IMG/VR virus record: IMGVR_UViG_3300037102_000029
Span: 3,855-67,854 of that record
DNA from: a virus
Direction: 5' to 3' (one strand)
DNA: 64,000 nt
In this document: piece after piece, positions 1-8,500 of the stretch
How the letters are laid out: each line of letters begins with the position of its first letter
Position numbering within the stretch: position 1 is the stretch's first letter
Notes under the pieces: model-generated
What the model saw: the letters and a program-made list of their open reading frames with translations, nothing else
Database searches by the model: none
What the model was told of the DNA's origin: nothing
Program-made: the position numbers and the translations under genes

Positions 1-318
1 AAGTTCCAGATCGGGAATCAATGCACGCTCGTTGACACTGCAGGACGCGAAACCGTCACAGTGCTATCAATCAACGCAAATGCAATCACGGTGGACACGA
101 ACTTAGTCAACAGCTATACCACAGCACGTTCAGCGACATTGTGGCTCGGCGGGGCAGATATCGTCACGCCTGTTGCCGGCGGCGCGGATGTAACCATTGC
201 ATTCGACAACTCAGCGCACACAAGCGACTTCATCGACGACGATGGCTACGTGCAACTTGTGTATAGTAGTGTCACGAGCGTAACGATTGGGCTATTCCAG
301 TTGAAGGCGGCGACTTAA
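1..318 (+). CDS. Virion/tail structural protein, 5'-truncated by the window edge
   Basis: Frame is open from base 1 (KFQIGNQCTLVDTAGRETVTVLSIN...). Beta-rich and sits directly upstream of the tail chaperone and tape measure genes. Confidence 0.6.
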   Translation, partial: KFQIGNQCTLVDTAGRETVTVLSINANAITVDTNLVNSYTTARSATLWLGGADIVTPVAGGADVTIAFDNSAHTSDFIDDDGYVQLVYSSVTSVTIGLFQLKAAT

Positions 319-813
319 ATGGCAGACCCTAAAATGTCATTCAAAGCAGACGAAGAGCTTGTAGAACCAAAACCGGATAAAGAAAAAGTAGAAGGGGGAA
401 TCATGGCGACGCCATCCGTATTGCCCGTAGTAACCTCATTGACGGCGATGGGAATCGCACAAGAGGCGTATGTCACAGGTTCCGGAACGGCAGTAGTGAC
501 CTATACACCTACCGGCACGAACAACTTCATCACGATTAAGAACGCCGGTGCGGATGTTACCGTTAGTGCGGTATGTAAAGTTCCATGCAGTATGCCATTG
601 GCATGTGCCAATGCCGCAGGGGTTGACGACGCAGGGCTGCATAACTTCGTGATGAAAGTTACCAGCGCAGACGCCGAGAAGTCATTCGTTATTCCGTATC
701 TGGATCACTACATTGATTCAGTTGTAGGATCGCCGACGTATGGCATGGTGACACTGAACTGCGACGCCAACATGCAGGACCACGGTTTGTTAGGAATCTT
801 CACGGTTCCATGA
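319..813 (+). CDS. Small tail-associated structural protein
   Basis: 164-aa ORF abutting the previous stop; beta-rich (FITIKNAGADVTVSAVCKVPCS); tail operon position. True start may be the second Met after GAAGGGGG. Confidence 0.5.
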   Translation: MADPKMSFKADEELVEPKPDKEKVEGGIMATPSVLPVVTSLTAMGIAQEAYVTGSGTAVVTYTPTGTNNFITIKNAGADVTVSAVCKVPCSMPLACANAAGVDDAGLHNFVMKVTSADAEKSFVIPYLDHYIDSVVGSPTYGMVTLNCDANMQDHGLLGIFTVP

Positions 814-821
814 GGTAAAGT

Positions 822-1373
822 ATGGTAGAACGAAAGGCAGGAATTGGAAACGATGGGCTTAGAAAGACCAAAGGAGGAGCCGTTAAAGGCGATGAATCCG
901 AGGTTCACGACAAGCCCGTGAAAGGATCGAAAGGAGGACGCAATATGAACGGGGCAGGATCGGATTCGTCGGTCGAAGTAGTCTTTAAAAACGATGACAT
1001 TCGGCGAATCGACTTTGTTATGGGAGCAATAGAAGCAATAGAGAATCACTATCCGGATAAGAATACAGGGAATCCTACGACGCCTATCTCGATGATCCTT
1101 AGATGGCAGAGAGGTGGCTTCGGAATGTCTTGGTCGCAACTCAAGGTATTTCTTTGGGCCGGTCTTCTGTGGGAAGACAGAGAGATCAAGCTTACAGACC
1201 TGGACACTATGATGGACTTAAAGCGTGTCAAGTATTATTCCGAGCAAGTAGATGAAGCCCTGAAACTCGCATTCGGTATTACTGACGAGGACATAGCTGC
1301 AGCTCAAAAGGCTATGGAAGAAGGTAATGCGGAAGCTGCACAAAAAAATGGAATCTCGATTGGGGAGATTTAA
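822..1373 (+). CDS. Tail assembly chaperone (lambda gpG-like)
   Basis: Lies upstream of the tape measure gene, GAGGT SD, helical acidic protein ending at a slippery site (CAA AAA AAT). Confidence 0.8.
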   Translation: MVERKAGIGNDGLRKTKGGAVKGDESEVHDKPVKGSKGGRNMNGAGSDSSVEVVFKNDDIRRIDFVMGAIEAIENHYPDKNTGNPTTPISMILRWQRGGFGMSWSQLKVFLWAGLLWEDREIKLTDLDTMMDLKRVKYYSEQVDEALKLAFGITDEDIAAAQKAMEEGNAEAAQKNGISIGEI

Positions 1374-1789
1374 AGAAAGGCGCTTACGGGTTTCTTAAAT
1401 TACGCCCACGAGAATTTTGGTGGGATTATGTGCTGGCAGAGTTAAACGAGATGTTGGCGGCTTATAGCTTCGCCGAAGAGCACTTTGCCGACGTTATCGC
1501 GTACGGCGTTAACTACGGCATGAGCGGTAAGAAGCCGGGAGTACGTAGGGCGCCTCGCGACAGAGCGTCAGACATCTCACATCTGCGAAAGATGATGCGC
1601 GGCGATGCGCCAGCCGAGCCTGTTCAGCTCACCCCTGAGGTAGTTGACACCGTTTTCGGAAGTGCGGCTAAGAATGCCGTGAGAATAAACGTCGAAGCGC
1701 CCTCCACGCTGCCTGATGAAGATGTAGCAGCCGATATAGCGTATCTACGAAAAGTATCTGACTTAGCGAAGAAAGCTTTGGGTAACTAA
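1343..1789 (+). CDS. Tail assembly chaperone, -1 frameshift extension (gpT-like)
   Basis: The -1 frame is open from the slippery heptamer A AAA AAT (1343-1349): KWNLDWGDLKKGAYGFLKLRPREFWWDYVLAELNEML..., continuous with ORF 1430-1789. LxPxEFW is typical of gpT-like segments. Confidence 0.8.
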   Translation, partial: KKWNLDWGDLKKGAYGFLKLRPREFWWDYVLAELNEMLAAYSFAEEHFADVIAYGVNYGMSGKKPGVRRAPRDRASDISHLRKMMRGDAPAEPVQLTPEVVDTVFGSAAKNAVRINVEAPSTLPDEDVAADIAYLRKVSDLAKKALGN

Positions 1790-1790
1790 A

Positions 1791-4700
1791 ATGGCTGGTG
1801 TAGCGCCGATTGTTGTCCACATTATAGGGGACACTTCTGAGTTATCAGGCTCGCTTGCGAGCGCAGCCGCACAGCTGGGGACATTCGGCTCCGCGATGAC
1901 GGCGATGGGGGCAGGCCTCACCGCACTTGTTACAGTCCCTATCGTTGGTATTGCTGCCGCAGCGCTAGTCAGTGCAAACAACGTCCAGAAAGCATACGCT
2001 ATCATCATTGCCGGAACTGGCGCTACCGGCTCTAAATTGCAGGGTTTAGAGTCTCAGTTCGATAACCTTGCATCGACAGTACCTAACTCTTTTACCGACA
2101 CTGCAACCGTCCTAACGACGGTCAACAACAAACTCTCGCAGGGCGGCTACAATATCACTCAGATTTCTCAGGACATCCTTAATGTTTCGAGAATGACTGG
2201 TGAGAGTGCATCGTCCCTAGCTTCTGATTTTACTGCTTCTATCCAGCAATGGGGCATCAGTGCTTCGGCCACTGAAGGCTTCATGAGTGAAGTCTACAAC
2301 ACGGCCCAAGCTGCTCGCGTGCCGGTTACAAGCATCCTGACTGACCTTAATACTTATGGGCCAGTCATACAAGCATCAGGTCTGAGTTTGCAACAGGTCA
2401 TCCCAATCATAGGTGAGATCGAAAGTAAGGGCGAAGACGTCACCAAAACATTTCAGGGGATCGCATACGGGTGGGCCAACGTTTCAAAGGCAATGGCCAC
2501 CGGCAACGGAGCGGTTTTTGATGATGTAACTGCGTCGGCAAAAGCCGCAGGAATCCAGCTTACGAGCACCGGCTCCGATATGGAAGCGGTATTCTACGGC
2601 ATAAAATCCGGCATGATTAGCGATGGCGATGAGTCATCAATATTTGGAGCGCGGTTTGCCGCTAACATCACTCAAATAATCAAAGAAGGAGGGATGACCG
2701 CTCAGCAATTTATAGATTTATCGCAAGGGTTAGGAATCAACCTTGCACAAACTGGGCAGGCATCAATCACGTTTGCTCAGTCACTCGACATAATGAAGAA
2801 CGCCCTCGAGATCGCGTTGAACCCTCTTGGTGAGCAACTGATCGCGGCGTTCACGCAACTTTTCCCACTAATAAAAACTGGAATTGGACTTATTGGTGAC
2901 ATAACTGGTGCATTTGGTGCCTTACCGATGCCGGTTGCTGACGTTGTATTTGTTATAGCTGCCTTCGCTGCGGCTCTTGGACCGGCCATTATAATTGCAG
3001 GCACGTTTATCAACTCGCTCGAAGGGATCGCTAAGGGGCTTTCTGCAATAGGCAACCTCGCTGCCGGAGGGCTGAACCTCGCCAGTGGAATCCTAAGCAC
3101 TGGCACTGCATCGACTACAGCGGCTTCAGCGGCAGGTGCGGCAGCTGCTTCCGCGGCTGAAACGGGAGCTGATGACGATCTTACAGCTGCAGCTGCGGCA
3201 GCCGCTACCGCCGTTGAAGGCCTTGGTATTGCTAATGCAGAAGCAGCTACCGCAGCTGCCGGTGCAAGTGCAGCTGTAATCGCAGAAGCTTCAGGCATAG
3301 AAGGTTTAACACCCGCAGCGGTCGCTGGCGCTGTAGGCCTTGATGGTCTGACATTAGGAGCCGCGTCTTTTGCAGATACTGCACCTGAAGCAGCTGCGGG
3401 TGCAACACTTTTATCCGCAGGAGAGGACGAGGTAGCTGCCAGCGCTGCTGTTGCAGACGCCGTAGTAAGCGGAGGCTTAATCGCAACACTCCTCAGTTTT
3501 GGGACTACGCTCTTAGCTATCGCGGTCTTAGCGGCCCCTGTAGTTGTGGTTCTCGGTGCTCTCGCTGCAGGATTCGCAATAGCATGGGAAACGTCGGCGA
3601 CACTGCGCGATACTCTTGGTGAGGTTGGAGCGGCCTTCGGAACGTTCGGCAAAGAAATGGAAGACGGCCTAAGCCTTATAATGAGTGGCAACTATAAGGC
3701 CGGCTTTGCAGACTTCCAGCAAGCATTTACAGACTTGTGGAGCCAGCTTGTAACGATCGACTGGACTGATATCGGGACTCAGATTGATACCGAGATTCAA
3801 CAAGGGGTTGCCGACCATAAATCTGACATCCTCAATGCCTTTAGCGGATTTGAAGCTGATGCGATAAAGTTCTTCCAGGGAGTCGATTGGACTAGCGTAG
3901 GAACCGTTGTCGGGCAAGGCATTGGTAGTGCTATCGCTATTGGTCTTACCGGCGCTACTACTGGCCTTTCTGCAGCCCTGAATGCGACAAATCCGACCGA
4001 AGCTGGAAAGTCCACCGCACAGCAGAGCGCGGAAGTGACCGGAACTGGTCCGAATTACGCGCCAGATCAGGAAACCGGCCTTACAAATCTGGAATCCGTT
4101 GGGGAAAAAGCAGCCGACTCGTTCACGACTGGTTTCGAGACTGGTCTGACCACGAGCTTGGGAAAAGTCCCCTGGGGTGACCTCATCTGGGGCGCTATGA
4201 CTACCAACCTCGCTGGAGGTGGTGGAACCGGCAGTCACATGAAGATCGACCTGAATCCTGAAGACTGGTTCACTATCTCGCCGCTCGGTCTGTCTGAAGA
4301 CGACGCCCTTAACAAACTCGGTATGCCGTGGCTCGGAACGACCTATTGGGTGAACTATGATTGGGGCGGTCTCGGAAACGCAATTAAGGTGGGCATCGAG
4401 ACAGCGTTCGGCATAGCGCTAGGCGGCCTAATGCAAACTCTTCAGCCTTACCTATCACCACTCGATGTTATCAAAACAGATATTATGGATATCGTAGATA
4501 TCCCCTCGCACGCTATCAGTCTAGTCCTTGATATCGGAGGGACTGCGTGGGATATCGTCATGGACGTGTGGAATTTCCTACAGTTCGTGATAGCGCATTT
4601 CAGCACTCACGATATCACGCTTAACATAAGTATCCCAGGTTACGCGTTAGCCGAGAAGCTTTTCGGCGATTTGGAATACATCGTCGCTCACTCGAGTATC

Positions 4701-5567
4701 GTAACAACATTAAAAACAGAAGCAGATGACCTCATTAGTGCGTGGGACAAGATCGGCATCCACACCGGAATAGGGCCGTTCGAGATTCCACAGGTCGGCG
4801 TGGACATTCCAAAATGGGACGTGGGTAGCGTCGGTGTTGATATACCAAAATGGGACGTCGGCGCTGTTGGTATAAACGTCCCACAATTCCAAGTGCCGTC
4901 TGTAGGCCTGGCAGTTCCGCAAGAAACAATTCCGGCAATAAATATCACTCTCCCATCAGTGGATATCAATAATCCACTTACAGGTGCGAAATTATACACT
5001 TTGGGCGGCGAGAGCCTTAACGCAGGCCCGTGGACATTCGGAGGCCAATCGTTTAGTGCAGGACCGTGGGGTTTAGGTGGCCAGAACTGGTCAGCTGGAC
5101 CTTGGGGTTTGGGCGGTCAGAGTTGGTCTGCAGGTCCGTGGGACTTAGGCGGTCAGAGTTGGTCTGCAGGTCCGTGGGATATCAAGAGGGTGGGCATTGA
5201 TTGGGATGCTCCACAAATTCCGGAATTAGGAGCCGGCGCTCTTGTATCACCAAAGTCCGGCGGCGTTCCAGTTATTCTAGCTGAGGAGGGCAAGCCGGAA
5301 GTTGTCGTTCCGTGGGACTTGGTAGGAGCTCCGTGGGATTATGTGCTCGAGAATATCCCACGACTAGCCGGAGGCGGTATCGTCGGGCCTACACGCACTA
5401 TGCCTGACTTTTCATCGGCAATCGCTAACAATATTGCGGATGCTCTCAAGAATATGCGAGGGTCGCCGACATACCAGATAAGCATCGTCACGGATTCTGA
5501 AAGCATAAAGCGCGATGTTATGGGCGCAGTTCAACAGCTTGAACAATACCATCACTTAGTAGGATAA
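1791..5567 (+). CDS. Tape measure protein
   Basis: 1258 aa, Ala/Gly-rich helical protein with a TP901-like core (GLTALVTVPIVGIAAA, TGATGSKLQGL), hydrophobic segments and a C-terminal LAxGG/ExGxPEVVVP motif; follows the chaperone pair. Confidence 0.92.
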   Translation: MAGVAPIVVHIIGDTSELSGSLASAAAQLGTFGSAMTAMGAGLTALVTVPIVGIAAAALVSANNVQKAYAIIIAGTGATGSKLQGLESQFDNLASTVPNSFTDTATVLTTVNNKLSQGGYNITQISQDILNVSRMTGESASSLASDFTASIQQWGISASATEGFMSEVYNTAQAARVPVTSILTDLNTYGPVIQASGLSLQQVIPIIGEIESKGEDVTKTFQGIAYGWANVSKAMATGNGAVFDDVTASAKAAGIQLTSTGSDMEAVFYGIKSGMISDGDESSIFGARFAANITQIIKEGGMTAQQFIDLSQGLGINLAQTGQASITFAQSLDIMKNALEIALNPLGEQLIAAFTQLFPLIKTGIGLIGDITGAFGALPMPVADVVFVIAAFAAALGPAIIIAGTFINSLEGIAKGLSAIGNLAAGGLNLASGILSTGTASTTAASAAGAAAASAAETGADDDLTAAAAAAATAVEGLGIANAEAATAAAGASAAVIAEASGIEGLTPAAVAGAVGLDGLTLGAASFADTAPEAAAGATLLSAGEDEVAASAAVADAVVSGGLIATLLSFGTTLLAIAVLAAPVVVVLGALAAGFAIAWETSATLRDTLGEVGAAFGTFGKEMEDGLSLIMSGNYKAGFADFQQAFTDLWSQLVTIDWTDIGTQIDTEIQQGVADHKSDILNAFSGFEADAIKFFQGVDWTSVGTVVGQGIGSAIAIGLTGATTGLSAALNATNPTEAGKSTAQQSAEVTGTGPNYAPDQETGLTNLESVGEKAADSFTTGFETGLTTSLGKVPWGDLIWGAMTTNLAGGGGTGSHMKIDLNPEDWFTISPLGLSEDDALNKLGMPWLGTTYWVNYDWGGLGNAIKVGIETAFGIALGGLMQTLQPYLSPLDVIKTDIMDIVDIPSHAISLVLDIGGTAWDIVMDVWNFLQFVIAHFSTHDITLNISIPGYALAEKLFGDLEYIVAHSSIVTTLKTEADDLISAWDKIGIHTGIGPFEIPQVGVDIPKWDVGSVGVDIPKWDVGAVGINVPQFQVPSVGLAVPQETIPAINITLPSVDINNPLTGAKLYTLGGESLNAGPWTFGGQSFSAGPWGLGGQNWSAGPWGLGGQSWSAGPWDLGGQSWSAGPWDIKRVGIDWDAPQIPELGAGALVSPKSGGVPVILAEEGKPEVVVPWDLVGAPWDYVLENIPRLAGGGIVGPTRTMPDFSSAIANNIADALKNMRGSPTYQISIVTDSESIKRDVMGAVQQLEQYHHLVG
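5112..5179 (+). repeat. 36-nt-period coding tandem repeat (AGPWxLGGQSWS) in the tape measure gene
   Basis: GGCGGTCAGAGTTGGTCTGCAGGTCCGTGGGA occurs at 5112-5143 and 5148-5179; degenerate copies extend back to about 5005. Confidence 0.9.
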
Positions 5568-5571
5568 GAAC

Positions 5572-8500
5572 ATGACCGAAACTTGGATTCTCAAAACGTC
5601 AGATGGCGAGGTTTACAATCTTCAGGTAGCGCCGACCGATGATCCGACGTGTTACGATGGTATCTACAATCTTATGGAAGGCGTTACAGGTCATCACGGC
5701 ATGCCGGTCACGCTTACCTCAGACACCGTTCCGAACATCGCCGGTGCCGAACTGAGACAAGTGCAGTATGGCATCCGGACGGTTTATCTACCGCTCTTTA
5801 TCCGAGGCAACTCAGCGGCAGAGTTTCATCACAACTTTGCAAAACTGCGACAGTCACTTGATCCGAATCAGGACACTCAACTTTGGGTGACGAACGAAGA
5901 AGGCGAGACTCGCGTTCTTTACTGCCGATATAGCAAGGGTTTCGATAATGCAACGGATGACTCCGCCTCGAAAGGATTGAGTTGGACATTTCTGCCGTTA
6001 TATATGGACGCACTTGATCCTTTTTGGTACGATCCTCCTGGCGCTGAGATATCAAACAACTACTCGAGCGACCCGTGGAGCACTGACTTCCTTACATTCA
6101 CCGTTCCGGTCGGCATCGCGGCTGACGGGATGACCGGCGACACGACACTCACACTCGACAGCACCGACAACCTTGTGGCCGGCATGCCTCTTGAACTTCA
6201 CGCGGGGCAGACCATCGTATCCGACACGCCATATATCACGGAGAGTCTGGAAGAGGAAAAAGTAGGCGATAGCATGCAATACGAGTCTTCAGTGTCGGTA
6301 TCCACTGAAACCTCGACTGTGCAGGTCAATCAGGCTTACCACGTATCCGGAACTGTGGTGTCCCAGAATCAAAACCTTTCAAGTTCAGTAGTCACGATCA
6401 CCGAGACAGACCCGAATGGCGTTACGACGACGCATACTGCTGTCACCAACAATTCAGGTAACTATGTTCAAACAATAGTTAGTGATATCAACGGCGTTTA
6501 CACGTATCAGGTCAACTACAACGGCGATGCAACGCATTTGCCTTCGACAGCAGTGACGTCGATTACAGTCGGAACCGTTGTAGCAACCACACTCACACTC
6601 ACATCATCGAATGCTAACCCTGCGCCAGGCGCGTCATTTAATTTAACCGGAACACTGGCCACCACTGGCGGGGGCGTAGCGAGTCAACCGATTAACATTT
6701 ATAAAAAGACCGCGACGGCCAATGTACTCGTAGGAAGCGCTCACACTAATTCGAGTGGTGTGTATTCGTTTCCTCGCAAAGAAACTACATCCGGTTATTG
6801 TCACTACTCAGCAACGTATGCCGGCGATGCAATCTCAACCACATCGGCTAAACAAGACCCGGGCATAATGGGTTGGCTTGAATGGCTATTTGAAAAGATA
6901 TTTGGGCTGCTGGAAGGGCTCTTTAAGGCCGGGCGTTACTCCGCTTCTAATGCATCGCTGGTTCTCAAGATAGGCAGTCCCACTTATTCGATTGAATATC
7001 AGGCCGCGCTACCTCCGAGCATGATAAACGATGGAGAGATTCAGTACTTTGCCGCTCACGGTTTCAATGGCATAATCTGCATTGCAGAGAAGATTGGCGA
7101 TCCGTATTCGATTGAGAAAGGAGTTATAACTGGCCAGGGCTTGTGGGCCGCTATTGATATCTCAGTCGTGACGAACAGCGCCGCAAGCATCCAGACTGGC
7201 GCAATCGCAACGTGGCTCGCATCACTCTATGCTGCAGGATGGCGCACCTTTGCTGGTTTCAATACAACCGGCAGAAGCGGCGATCCGGCATATATCGCTT
7301 CTCTTGGTGCAGGTGCGAGATACATAAACTACAGTTCAACGCCGCGAAAAGGAACTACGACAAACCCTGACATTGACGGGACAGGCGTTTACCAGAACAC
7401 CTTCCAGTTTTGTAACCCGAACGCGATTCCATCTATCGAAGCATGGACACAGGCCGCATTTATCGCGAGCCCTAGCGTCAAGAGCGGTTTAATGGCACAA
7501 GTGCTTCCGAACGATGCAAACGGCATTAACCAGATACTCGCCAATGCAGTAAAGGATGATTGTCCGGATTACACGTGCATCCTCGATTGGAGCGAAGGTA
7601 ATGCTACAGGAATGACGCACTTCTGTATCTGGTTCCAACCAAAATACAACGCGGTTACAGCTCGTGACATAGAGAACGAACAGGTCGTTCTTTACAAGTC
7701 CCTCGGCTTCGAGCAGATCGTTACGGAGATGAAGAAATATTATCCCGCCACCGTCTCTACGTGGTCGCCCCCTACATTGAAGGCCACTGAGTTGACAGTC
7801 ACGCACGTCGATGGGGTGGAACTGGTAACGTTCTCTGGCCAGCTCACGACAATTACCGACGGTGCGGCACTTGTGGGGAAGACGATCACCCTGCAGGAAC
7901 TCCCACAGTCAAGTATATCGGGAGCCACGACCTTCGCAACTGCGTCTACTTCATCAAAGAATATCACCGTAGCGACTGGAACTGGGGCTACATTTGTCTC
8001 CGGACATGCACAGGCGGTTACAATATCTGATGCGAACAATACAGAAACCAACTCAATTACTTCAATCTCAGGCGACGTGATAACGTTAACAAACTACCCC
8101 TCACATACCTACACAAATGGGACTATTACTGCGGTGAGCTACCCATCTGGGCAACCAACGATAGGTGTAACGTGCGCCGCATCATTCGTAGCGGGGGATG
8201 TGGTGACTGTTTCGGATAATACTCCGTATTCTGAGAGTAGGACTGTATCAACGGTTAATTACACGGTTAACACCATCACGTTCACGACTAACTTAACTAA
8301 TACCTACACCATAGCAAAATCGGCTAGTGTATTAGGCACGTGGACTGACCGCGCAGCCACAGCTACGACAGATGCTAATGGAAAGTATTCAATTCCATAC
8401 GATCCCACGCCAGCTGGAAAACACGTATTCCGGCTAAAGTATGCAGGTGACGGCACGCACATGGCAGTTTACGCGCCCACATTAGGGATAACGATCTACG

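Noticed and set aside
2777-4238. Long minus-strand ORFs (304 aa, 189 aa)
   Set aside because: Antisense shadows of the Ala/Gly-rich tape measure gene; no SD or motifs.
5005-5179. 36-nt-period repeats as a CRISPR or TIGR-like array
   Set aside because: They are in-frame coding repeats with synonymous variation and no unique spacers; no cas or Nop-domain gene recognised.
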